From: Thermoplasmatota archaeon
GTDB taxonomy: Archaea > Thermoplasmatota > Poseidoniia > Poseidoniales > Poseidoniaceae
Direction of reading: 5' to 3'
DNA length: 27,693 nucleotides
NCBI GenBank assembly: GCA_036158745.1
Contig: JAYYFM010000001.1
Coordinates: 1-27,693, forward strand
Positions within the stretch are counted from its first letter, which is position 1; each line of letters opens with the position of its first letter. This document shows, piece after piece, positions 7,323 to 16,463 of the stretch. The translations under genes and the position numbers were made by a program. The notes under the pieces were generated by a model. That model saw only the letters and a program-made list of their open reading frames with translations, ran no database searches and was not told the DNA's origin.

Positions 7323-8555
7323 TTACAACAGGCCAGAATCGGTTATCCATTGAACAAGCAGGGCAAATGGTAGAATCAGAATCGGTGTCAGAATCCGGGT
7401 AAATGCAGCACGAGGTCGTGCAAGTCGAGATGTAGCGAGATCCATCCATCGCACCAAGAGCATGGTTGAGGTGGTCAGCAATCCGCCAATGGCAACGAGA
7501 GGCCATGAAACGTCAGCATCAAACCCTAATTGGGTCAACGCAGTCAATCCTGAACCAAGGATGAGACCGTGGATGTATGAGTTTGGAATACCTTGACGAT
7601 GGGCTTTCCACCAATCCAGTGCTCTGTGTTCATGCAACATTGAGACCATGTTGTCGCCAACGAGGCCAGCTGCGAAAGCGGCACTGAGGAACAATCCAGA
7701 TGCTTGCATTAAGGAGGAATCAACCGCTGAAGCATCGAAGAGTGCAAGGAGAATCCCAAGGGTGAGGAATCCGGCTATGCCATTGCTAGCGACAGTAGAC
7801 AACGTGCGTTGATTGAGCAAAAATCCAGTTCGGAACGCTGGGTTGTTTCTGTGTGATGATGCGTTCCTGTCGTCCTTTACTCCGTTCGATTCCACGAAAG
7901 CTTCGTTCGTTTCCATCGTATTCCCTGTGAGAAGATGTGTCGCACAAGCCGTGAAATCTGTGTGATGACTTGCAAGGACAATAGCGTTTCCTCGATTTCG
8001 AAGTTCATGCAAATCCTCGACCAGTAAGGTGCGTGATGCTGCATCAAGTCCTGCCGCTGGCTCATCCAACAACAAAATACGGGGTGTTTGACCTACAAAT
8101 CCAGGCAACATTCCGGCGAGCATGGCTACTTTGCGACGTTGGCCGCCTGACAAGTGCGCGATTAAATCGTGCTTTCGATGGGCCAGATTGTAGCGTTCGA
8201 GCCATCGATCGACGTCAAGACGTCCTCCTGCGAGGTCAAGGGCGTTGAGAAGATGTTCTTCGACACGTAGGCTTCCAACGCATCCATCGGATTGCAACGT
8301 TAATCCAAAGGCGGATTTGGGTCGTTTCGACCTCCCAGATGCATCGATGAGAATCTCTCCATTGTGGAGGACTTCTCCTACTTCGAGAGGTAAAAGACCG
8401 GCTGCAACCTCAATTATGGTCGACTTTCCTGCTCCGTTTTTGTCCTTTAAGAGGATGAGTTGTCCGCTTGTGACGTCAAGGCTCACATCACTGAGTACGA
8501 GTGATGAGCCACGGCGAACTGAAACGCCGTTCAGAGACAACAGCACTTGGCTCAT
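7323..8555 (-). CDS. ABC ATPase (CcmA-like) fused to a C-terminal ~6-TM permease domain (CcmB-like)
   Basis: Walker A variant DKNGAGKST, signature LSGGQ, Walker B ILLLDEP, H-loop ASHH. Then ~180 hydrophobic residues ending ILTPILILPFALL, which resembles the CcmB PLLxLP motif. Directly upstream of ccmC. I moved the start to ATG 8555 (MSQVLL). Confidence 0.65.
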   Translation of the reverse strand: MSQVLLSLNGVSVRRGSSLVLSDVSLDVTSGQLILLKDKNGAGKSTIIEVAAGLLPLEVGEVLHNGEILIDASGRSKRPKSAFGLTLQSDGCVGSLRVEEHLLNALDLAGGRLDVDRWLERYNLAHRKHDLIAHLSGGQRRKVAMLAGMLPGFVGQTPRILLLDEPAAGLDAASRTLLVEDLHELRNRGNAIVLASHHTDFTACATHLLTGNTMETNEAFVESNGVKDDRNASSHRNNPAFRTGFLLNQRTLSTVASNGIAGFLTLGILLALFDASAVDSSLMQASGLFLSAAFAAGLVGDNMVSMLHEHRALDWWKAHRQGIPNSYIHGLILGSGLTALTQLGFDADVSWPLVAIGGLLTTSTMLLVRWMDLATSRLARPRAAFTRILTPILILPFALLVQWITDSGLL

Positions 8556-8632
8556 GTACCAATCCAAAACACACACATGAATGAATGCTACGACAGGACA
8601 AGACCCATAGTCGAGCAAATGGTCGGAGATGC

Positions 8633-9685
8633 ATGGGGCAGTTGTATCTTACAACATTTGGAGCCTCTGAATGGATCATTCTGGGTGTGTGGATTCTCGC
8701 AGTTGTCTCTCCTATTGCGTACTCTATCCGAAACAAGACGCCAATTGCACTGGGGATTTCCGTAGGATTGCTGCTGGGTTACATCGTCCAGTATGCGTTT
8801 GTAGTTATGGCTTCATACGGTCTTGAGTTTCGATTCGTGTGGTTTGATTTTTGGCTGATTCCAGAGCGATTGGATTCCGTGGTCTACTATCCGACGTTGT
8901 TTACTGCGGGCTTTCTCCACAGCATGAGCGATGTGACGCACGTGCTAGGCAATGTGTTGGTCATTGCATTGGTTGGCATTCCACTTGAACAACGATTGGG
9001 GACCAAACGCTTCACAATCGTCTACGTGACAGGATTGCTCGGGGGTTCGATTGCTTGGGCCCTTTTCAACAGTAATTCAGGAACACCTTCATGGGGTGCT
9101 TCAGGAGCTGCATATGGTCTGCTCGGAGCATACCTCTCTGGCTGGCCTCGTGATGAAATTCCGTTCCCTCTCATTTTGATTCGGCCTTGGCCGGTGACCA
9201 TCATTGCCTTGTTCTATTTTGGATTTGAGTTGGTACGAGCGTTCAACACGGTTGGCCTCGGAGGTTACTCCACCGTTGCCCACATGGCGCACATTGGAGG
9301 ATTTGTCGCTGCTTATGCCCTGCTTCCATTGGTGGCCAGAGGCGGGCCATACCCATTGGGTATTGTCGATGGAGGGCCGAAAGGATTCGGAAATTCAAGA
9401 GCCGGATTTGACCAGATCAAATCAACCATGGTTGATGTATCTGACATCGACGACCCATGGACAGAACTCGGACTTGACGTTCCGAAGAACCTACGCGAGC
9501 CACTTCGAAAATTGAAGGAAGCTGGAGATGAAGCGGAAACGCGGATTGCGTGGATGGAGCACATTGCCGAGGCTGGCGACTGCCCTGTTTGCCTCGCCTC
9601 ATTAGGCATGGTCGAACGCCGTACAGGGCCCCAACTCCAGTGCTCGAAAGAACCGAAGCACTTGTCATGGCCAAAGCATGGATAA
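8633..9685 (+). CDS. Rhomboid intramembrane serine protease with C-terminal putative Zn-ribbon
   Basis: HVLGN (HxxxN), WGASG (GxSG catalytic Ser), AHMAHIGG (catalytic His); tail CPVC...CSKEPKH. The likely start is ATG 8633, after GGAGA. Confidence 0.9.
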   Translation: MGQLYLTTFGASEWIILGVWILAVVSPIAYSIRNKTPIALGISVGLLLGYIVQYAFVVMASYGLEFRFVWFDFWLIPERLDSVVYYPTLFTAGFLHSMSDVTHVLGNVLVIALVGIPLEQRLGTKRFTIVYVTGLLGGSIAWALFNSNSGTPSWGASGAAYGLLGAYLSGWPRDEIPFPLILIRPWPVTIIALFYFGFELVRAFNTVGLGGYSTVAHMAHIGGFVAAYALLPLVARGGPYPLGIVDGGPKGFGNSRAGFDQIKSTMVDVSDIDDPWTELGLDVPKNLREPLRKLKEAGDEAETRIAWMEHIAEAGDCPVCLASLGMVERRTGPQLQCSKEPKHLSWPKHG

Positions 9686-9755
9686 TCAGGGCCAATCAAC
9701 ACACGTTGGAGCGATACCATCAAAATATATCGATTTGTGGTTAGGTATGGCGATT

Positions 9756-12700
9756 ATGCGCGGATGGTGTCATCACTCAAATCCAAGGCAGGCATTGTTC
9801 TTGGTTTTGCTCATGCTTTTGTTGCCGATGGCATCCCAAGTTCAGGCGATTCAAACACTCCCTGAGGTCCAAGAACCAACACACGCGCCGCCAATTCTGG
9901 TCGAAGGTTTGCCACCACTCATGTGTGGGGAGGAACTTTGTGACCGTCCGTTGAGAATGCTCGAGAGAGATGGCCGTATGGCCAACATGGAATACGGTTG
10001 GTGGCAAGCGTATGGGCCCGATCTTGATTGGAACGGAATGGACGATCGTCTCCAGCGAGTCATGAGCGGGCTTGATTCCATGTCGCCCACAGCCATTATC
10101 GGGCCCGATGGACGAAAAACAGTGGCCATCGTTGTTGACTACGCGTGGAATCCAACCGATGTAGAAGAGGACAAGCTTCGCTCCACGCTTGAGGGCCATG
10201 GATGGGTTGGGCAAGACCAAGGTGCTTTCTTTGAAACCATTCGCAGCATCGATGCTATCGCCGTCGACAAGGTACCCGTCTCCGCATTGATGGACATTTA
10301 CCACCTCAACGGCGTTGTTGTCATTGAGATGCAAAATGTCATGGTGCCGAGCAACGATGTTGCATCTCGAGCAGCAACTGCCCGACCATCCGGGAATTAC
10401 TCCTTCACCGCACATGAACAAGGTTACTATGGCACTGGCGTCACAATTGCTGTGCTTGACACAGGCGTGGACAATGAGCATCGCTCACTCAACGATTTCG
10501 ATGATGTTGATGACACTCCAGACGCCGACCCGAATTCCTACTCCGATAGAAAATGGATTGCTGGGTACGATGCGACAGCTCAGACGCCAGATGAATCAGG
10601 AGGCACTGACCCTGATGATGGTAATGGTCACGGTACCCACGTTGCTGGTTCTGCACTTGGCACGGGTGATGCCTCGAGGGTCCACATGGGGACTGCACCG
10701 GGTGCAGGGCTCATCGACATCAAGGTCCTGACCGACGGTGGTGGTACGAATTCACAGTTCAGCCTTCGTGGGCTCCAGTGGATGATCAACAACGTCAACA
10801 CTGACTGGGGTGTGAATTCAACGTACTCTGGAATTCAAATTGCATCCATGTCGTACGGTTCTCTTGGTGGAGGGCCACTGTTACCAAACGACCCTGGTGA
10901 CAATGGAACCAGTGCAGAATCGAATCTTGTCAACCAGGCAACTGCAGTGGGCATTGTCTGTGTTGTCGCTATTGGAAACGATGGAACAAACCGAGTTCCT
11001 TCGCCGGGCAGTGCAGACGGTGCGATAACTGTTGGTTCCGTCGATGACCGAAACACTGTTCTCCGAACGGACGATGTCATGTCGGATTTCTCAAATTATG
11101 GTCCGAGATTGTCTGATAATGATGGTGATGATACCGATGAGCAAAAACCGGATGTGACCTCGTACGGTTCGAACATTATCTCTGCAACTTATGCTGCATC
11201 GTTTGGATTGCCAGGCACGCCTGCAACGCTGGCCGACAACCAATACGACTCAAAATCTGGTACGAGCATGGCGACTCCGATTGCCTCGGGCGTGATAGCC
11301 CTCCTCTTGGAGGCTGAACCGTCCCTCACACCAGAGGAAGTCAAGGATGTCATTCAGAAGTCCTCTGAACCGAGGGGTGAACCTGCTGACGAGTCGATCT
11401 CGCGATGGAACGAGACCTTTGGACATGGCATTATCGATGCCTCTTGTGCCATTGCTTTCGCTAAAGGTCAAATTTGTGATAATGGGCTTCGTGCAAGCAC
11501 AAGCGATGTCAATGTCTCATTCCCAGTGAATGGCACATGGGTCATGTCTGATTCAGTTACGCGTATTTCTGGAGATGTGAATACAACAGAGGTCGCATAC
11601 GACCGAGTCGAGATAAAAATTGAGCAGCGTTTCACATTCCGCGATGACAATCCAAGAGACGGTAAGAACGACAAGCCACCTCGGACGCTACTCGATTGGA
11701 CAGTTGTCAATGGCAGCATGGATTACTGGTTTTATGATTTTGAACTGCAAGACTCCTGGGTTGCATCCGACGATGAAATGATCCTCATTTATGCGGTTGC
11801 TAAGGATGCAGATGAAAACGAATCGACCCTTGCAATTCGTCATTTCCAACTGTCGAGAACAAGTTTAACGCTTGAAACACCAATCTCCCGGAATGTTTTG
11901 TCTGGCACGGTTGAGGTTACAGGCGATGTCGAAGGCGTCGAACACGATCGAATAGAGTACAAAATCGATGACGGCGACTGGAAGACCGGTACAACCCTAA
12001 CAAAACACGATGGTCCAGGTCAGGATGGTAGTGATTCATGGTCGTTCAATTGGGATTCAACGGAAGTTGATGATGGATATCGAGAGTTTTTCATTCGAAT
12101 GGTCAACAAGACTGGATACATCAGTCCTATTGCATCAAGAAGCTACACGATCGACAATGTCGAACCGGCTCCTTCATTGCGTTTCCAAGGAGAGGTCGAG
12201 ATTTTTGACCAAAAATTACCAGCAGAAACAGCGTATGCAGGAAGTTTACTCGAAGTCAAGTTTGATGTGTACAATGCTGGTGACAAAGACGCTACAGACA
12301 TTTTCGTTCGACTCACAGCACCAGGAGAGGATTCTGAGGTCTACCCCTCGCAAGGTCTCATCCCATCCTTGGAAAAAGGAGAATCTGTTTCTGTTACATT
12401 GTATTGGCAGGCAAGCATTGCTGGTTTGCATGATGTGATGCTTGAACTCGACCCGAACAATGTCCAAGGCGATTTGGAGCCAGATGACAATACGCTCACC
12501 TTCCCATTCGAGATTCTCGAACGTCCAAATCAACCCGTTCTCAGATTCCTCCCAGGTTCGGTAACAACAATCCCGAACATACCCCTTGCCGATGAGGATT
12601 ATCAGATAAACATACGAGTGGATAACCTCGGTCAATCGAATGCTGTATCGTTGGATATGGTGCTGGAGTATTGGGTTCCGGATGCAGGTTGGCAGAGCAT

Positions 12701-14636
12701 TGACGAGGAACGAGTGAGTTTCATTCCGGGCGCCACCACTGAATCGGGATCTCAAGTGGTCACGTTCCGACATATGAGTGACCAGATTGGGGCAGTTCTG
12801 TACAAGGCCACTCTCACCGGTGATGGTGTTGAGAGCGAATTCAGCCAGCACACGTTTACCGTGGTTGTCAGTGATGTCGCCTCGGGCCAAGGCAGCTCGA
12901 CGCTCTCCCTTTCCGATACAGAATACCCAGTTGCGTTTGCAGGTATTGAATCCTCAACACTTTTGTTCACAACCATCGATGGTGAACTTCATGTTCGTTC
13001 CATCAGCAAAGACCTCCAGCTATTGACAGACACAATCGTTGATACAAACTGGGGTGGAGAAATCGATGTCATGGTTCGTAATGATGGTCTCGTCCACGCT
13101 GTTTGGACGAGCCGTACCCAATCGCAGCAAGGTTACTTCCTCAACGATATTGCTATGACTTCATTTTCAGCGACAGGCCAAATGTTACCTGTTCATCATC
13201 ACCTCACGCCTCTGAAAATTTCAGAAGGTCAATATTGGGGCCTCGATTTGGCCCAAGAAGACGAAACCGTCGTTCTATCAGGATACTTCAGGAATCTCTC
13301 AACAGGTGGTTCCTGGTCCGATCTGACATCGATCTTCAGCATCCATTCATCCACACCAGATGTTGGCGAGAATTGGACGAGCATGAAGACGCATGTGCCT
13401 ATTATCGATATCCATCCTGATGATGGTGATCAACTCGCAACATTGCTCGACGAAGGCGTCTTGCACATTCTATTCCAAGAACTCCGTGATGATGTGACTG
13501 GTGTCGAGCGAACCGGTCTGATGTACACGCGAGGTGACCTTGAATTGACACAGTGGGACTATCAAGCATCCATTGGTGATGAGGCTCATTCCGCACAACT
13601 TGGGATTGTTTCCACCGATGAAAACAAGTTCTTCTTTGCAGGATGGATTGAAGGCTCTGGTAAAGACACGAACATTGCTGTCCTTGCTACAGAAGGTGAT
13701 TGGAGCGAGGAACCAGTCGTAACTCCTGCGCCTGGGTCTACCACGCTCATTTTCAATCAACGTCAAGATGTTGTTGAAGTCGTATACAACGAGATCACTG
13801 TCCTTGGTGAGGTTTCACGTTACGGTATCCTAACTACAAAGGATACGCCCTCTGGCGACGCTCCAGTCGTTGGATTAGCAAACATTGTTTCTGAAAAGAA
13901 GAGTTTGCTTGGCTACAGCATGAACAATCAGGATGCTATCTTGTTTACCGTTTCGCCAACAGGTCGCTTCTCGATGCAGAAATTCTTGATGGATGAGGCA
14001 CAAGAACCAACCGAACCGAAGTCGCTGCTCGAACAATTGTTGGAACCTCTCCCGGGTTCGGACGAAATGAAGATGAGAATTTTATTCGGCATTGTCTCGG
14101 TTCTGTTTCTTCTGTTTGTTCTCGTCGTTATCTCCCTTCGTTCTGGTAGGAAGAAGGATGATGTTGTTGATGCAGCGATCGCTGAGGAAGATGAAGTTGC
14201 CATCCTTGTCCAAGTTGAAGAGGATGAACAAGAGGAAGAGTTGGTTGCTAGCGTTCCAATAACGCCTCCTGTACAGGTCGAGATGGAAGAACCCACGCTT
14301 GCAGAAGAACTTGAAGCCAAGAGCATTGCTGGCGAAGGGAATGCACGCTTGAATCGTCGCATGAAAAGGAAACAAGATCGTGAGATTGCAGAGATTGTTT
14401 CCAAAGGACTGCCTCCATTGCCGATTCCAACACCCTTACCGGAAGTGCCAGTTGCGGAAGCATTACCACCTCTGCCTGTAGCAGAACTCGAACCACTTGC
14501 GCTACCGCCGTTGGCAGATTTGCCTCCTCTTCGTCGTCAGGCGGTGTGCCCTTCATGCAGCGCTAATTTCCCAGTAACCGATTTGATGCGGGCTCAAGTC
14601 ACGTGTCCAATCTGCTCAGAAAGATTCAATCTCTGA
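9756..14636 (+). CDS. Giant secreted, membrane-anchored S8 (subtilisin-like) serine protease with Ig-like/CARDB domains
   Basis: Signal peptide (RQALFLVLLMLLLPMASQVQA); catalytic triad VLDTG, HGTHVAG, GTSMATP; CARDB-like segments (DVYNAGDKDA, RVDNLGQSNA); single C-terminal TM; acidic, basic and Pro-rich tail ending CPSC...CPIC. Alternative starts are 9678 and 9747. Confidence 0.9.
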   Translation: MRGWCHHSNPRQALFLVLLMLLLPMASQVQAIQTLPEVQEPTHAPPILVEGLPPLMCGEELCDRPLRMLERDGRMANMEYGWWQAYGPDLDWNGMDDRLQRVMSGLDSMSPTAIIGPDGRKTVAIVVDYAWNPTDVEEDKLRSTLEGHGWVGQDQGAFFETIRSIDAIAVDKVPVSALMDIYHLNGVVVIEMQNVMVPSNDVASRAATARPSGNYSFTAHEQGYYGTGVTIAVLDTGVDNEHRSLNDFDDVDDTPDADPNSYSDRKWIAGYDATAQTPDESGGTDPDDGNGHGTHVAGSALGTGDASRVHMGTAPGAGLIDIKVLTDGGGTNSQFSLRGLQWMINNVNTDWGVNSTYSGIQIASMSYGSLGGGPLLPNDPGDNGTSAESNLVNQATAVGIVCVVAIGNDGTNRVPSPGSADGAITVGSVDDRNTVLRTDDVMSDFSNYGPRLSDNDGDDTDEQKPDVTSYGSNIISATYAASFGLPGTPATLADNQYDSKSGTSMATPIASGVIALLLEAEPSLTPEEVKDVIQKSSEPRGEPADESISRWNETFGHGIIDASCAIAFAKGQICDNGLRASTSDVNVSFPVNGTWVMSDSVTRISGDVNTTEVAYDRVEIKIEQRFTFRDDNPRDGKNDKPPRTLLDWTVVNGSMDYWFYDFELQDSWVASDDEMILIYAVAKDADENESTLAIRHFQLSRTSLTLETPISRNVLSGTVEVTGDVEGVEHDRIEYKIDDGDWKTGTTLTKHDGPGQDGSDSWSFNWDSTEVDDGYREFFIRMVNKTGYISPIASRSYTIDNVEPAPSLRFQGEVEIFDQKLPAETAYAGSLLEVKFDVYNAGDKDATDIFVRLTAPGEDSEVYPSQGLIPSLEKGESVSVTLYWQASIAGLHDVMLELDPNNVQGDLEPDDNTLTFPFEILERPNQPVLRFLPGSVTTIPNIPLADEDYQINIRVDNLGQSNAVSLDMVLEYWVPDAGWQSIDEERVSFIPGATTESGSQVVTFRHMSDQIGAVLYKATLTGDGVESEFSQHTFTVVVSDVASGQGSSTLSLSDTEYPVAFAGIESSTLLFTTIDGELHVRSISKDLQLLTDTIVDTNWGGEIDVMVRNDGLVHAVWTSRTQSQQGYFLNDIAMTSFSATGQMLPVHHHLTPLKISEGQYWGLDLAQEDETVVLSGYFRNLSTGGSWSDLTSIFSIHSSTPDVGENWTSMKTHVPIIDIHPDDGDQLATLLDEGVLHILFQELRDDVTGVERTGLMYTRGDLELTQWDYQASIGDEAHSAQLGIVSTDENKFFFAGWIEGSGKDTNIAVLATEGDWSEEPVVTPAPGSTTLIFNQRQDVVEVVYNEITVLGEVSRYGILTTKDTPSGDAPVVGLANIVSEKKSLLGYSMNNQDAILFTVSPTGRFSMQKFLMDEAQEPTEPKSLLEQLLEPLPGSDEMKMRILFGIVSVLFLLFVLVVISLRSGRKKDDVVDAAIAEEDEVAILVQVEEDEQEEELVASVPITPPVQVEMEEPTLAEELEAKSIAGEGNARLNRRMKRKQDREIAEIVSKGLPPLPIPTPLPEVPVAEALPPLPVAELEPLALPPLADLPPLRRQAVCPSCSANFPVTDLMRAQVTCPICSERFNL

Positions 14637-14645
14637 AGTGATACA

Positions 14646-16463
14646 ATGTGTGGAATCTTTGGCTACATCGGTCACCGTAATGCTTCATCCTTGCTCGTCA
14701 AAGGATTGTTACGTCTTGAATATCGAGGCTATGACTCGAGTGGCATGGTTGTCAAGAATGGGCAACTGCAATCCTACAAGGACATCGGGAAAATTTCCGA
14801 GATGGCTACATCGTTGCCTGACTTCAAAGGCTCGGTGGGCATTGCTCACACACGTTGGGCAACACATGGTGGAGTTACGAAAGAAAACGCCCACCCTCAT
14901 CTCAGCAATGATGGAAAAGTTGCGATCGTACACAATGGTATTCTACAGAATTCCGACGCTCTTCGTAATCGTCTCAATCGGGCAGGTGTTCAACTCAACT
15001 CGGAAACCGATTCTGAGGTGTTTTGTCACTACATTGCGATGGCTCTGGAAGAGGGCAAAGAGCCGCTTGAAGCACTTCAGAGTGTTCTCTCAATGGCCAG
15101 AGGGACGTGGGGAGTTTGCGTCCTGTTTCAGGAATACGACTATGTTCTCTGCGCTCGGAATGGTTCACCTCTCATCATTGGCCGAGGAAAGGACGAGATG
15201 TTCATTTCAAGTGACCCCCATGCAATTCGAGAACACACCAATCAACTGGTAGCACTCGAAGATGGACAAATCGCAAAGCTTGATGCGCACGATTTCCAAG
15301 TCATGCAAACGGATGGCCAAGAGGTTGAATCTCACCTTCTCCAGTTGGAAGAAGAGTGGGGCGAGAGCGAATTAGGAGAGTATCCTCACTTCATGCTCAA
15401 GGAAATCCATGAACAATCTCAGTCTTTGCAGCATTGTATTTCGGGTCGATTACGTCATGGTGAGGGGACATCAGTACTCGGTGGTCTACAGGTACAACCT
15501 CAGGAACTTGCACAACTCCCTCACGTCCGTTTGATTGGATGTGGTACGGCTTTGCATGCTGCTCAGATTGGTCAGATCCTGATTGAACAGTGGGCAAGAA
15601 TCCCTGCAGTTTCTCATGTTGCAAGCGAATTCAATGCCAACGACCCAGTCATCAATCCAAAAGCACTCCATTTGGCGATATCTCAATCAGGAGAAACAGC
15701 CGACACGCTCTCAGCGGTCAAGGAAATCCAACGAAAGGGAGCGGATGTTTATGGCGTTGTGAACGTTGTTGGTTCGAGCATTGCAAGGCAATGTGGTAAA
15801 GGCGTCTACATCCACTCTGGACCAGAACAATCCGTTGCCTCAACAAAGGCGTTCACGAACATGGTCGGAGCCCTTGCCTTGTTCGCTCTACAACTCGGTC
15901 GAAGCCGTCATCTTTCAAAGACCAAGGGAAAATCAATCATTCGAGAAATGCGTACTCTCCCTGAAAAGATACGAACATACCTCAACCAGCCTGGACCAAT
16001 CGAGCAAGCTGTTGAGTTGGTTACGAAGGCAAAGAGTGTTCTGTTTCTGGGAAGAGGTATTTCTTCGCCAGTTGCTTCTGAAGGGGCTCTCAAACTGATG
16101 GAGATTGCTTACATTCCGTGCCTTGCCTATCCTGCTGGTGAAATGAAGCATGGGCCAATCGCATTGATTGAAGAAAATTCACCCGTCGTCGTCATCGCTC
16201 CAAACGATGGCGTTCAGGATCGAACTCTGAATGCAATCCATGAATGCAAAGCACGAGGTGCAAAAATAATCCTGATTCATGAGGAAGGAGATCCTATCTC
16301 TGAGACTGCGGATGTGAGTCTCCCAATTCCCTCGACGATGCCTATGTTGACACCATTGTTGAGTGTTCTACCGACGCAACTGATTGCCTATCATGCAGCT
16401 CTCGCTCTCGATAATGACGTGGACCGTCCTCGCAACCTTGCGAAATCTGTGACGGTTGAATGA
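14646..16463 (+). CDS. glmS: Glutamine--fructose-6-phosphate transaminase (isomerizing)
   Basis: MCGIFG start, LEYRGYDSSG, IAHTRWATHG, ISQSGETADTL, GEMKHGPIALI, C-terminal DRPRNLAKSVTVE. Confidence 0.97.
   Translation: MCGIFGYIGHRNASSLLVKGLLRLEYRGYDSSGMVVKNGQLQSYKDIGKISEMATSLPDFKGSVGIAHTRWATHGGVTKENAHPHLSNDGKVAIVHNGILQNSDALRNRLNRAGVQLNSETDSEVFCHYIAMALEEGKEPLEALQSVLSMARGTWGVCVLFQEYDYVLCARNGSPLIIGRGKDEMFISSDPHAIREHTNQLVALEDGQIAKLDAHDFQVMQTDGQEVESHLLQLEEEWGESELGEYPHFMLKEIHEQSQSLQHCISGRLRHGEGTSVLGGLQVQPQELAQLPHVRLIGCGTALHAAQIGQILIEQWARIPAVSHVASEFNANDPVINPKALHLAISQSGETADTLSAVKEIQRKGADVYGVVNVVGSSIARQCGKGVYIHSGPEQSVASTKAFTNMVGALALFALQLGRSRHLSKTKGKSIIREMRTLPEKIRTYLNQPGPIEQAVELVTKAKSVLFLGRGISSPVASEGALKLMEIAYIPCLAYPAGEMKHGPIALIEENSPVVVIAPNDGVQDRTLNAIHECKARGAKIILIHEEGDPISETADVSLPIPSTMPMLTPLLSVLPTQLIAYHAALALDNDVDRPRNLAKSVTVE

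Noticed and set aside
7285-7506. Cys-rich N-terminal extension of the ccmC ORF (CTTSCC...CPAC)
   Set aside because: It is an alternative frame of the upstream ABC gene's 3' end; no CxxCH; start reassigned to 7284.
9722-9730. AAAATATAT, possible TATA box 25 nt upstream of ATG 9756
   Set aside because: Poor match to TTTAWATA and the S8 start is uncertain; too weak to call.
9777-14556. Long antisense ORFs within the S8 gene (e.g. 9777-10481, 12246-12890, 13928-14404)
   Set aside because: Expected antisense shadows of a long gene with biased codon use; no motifs or RBS.
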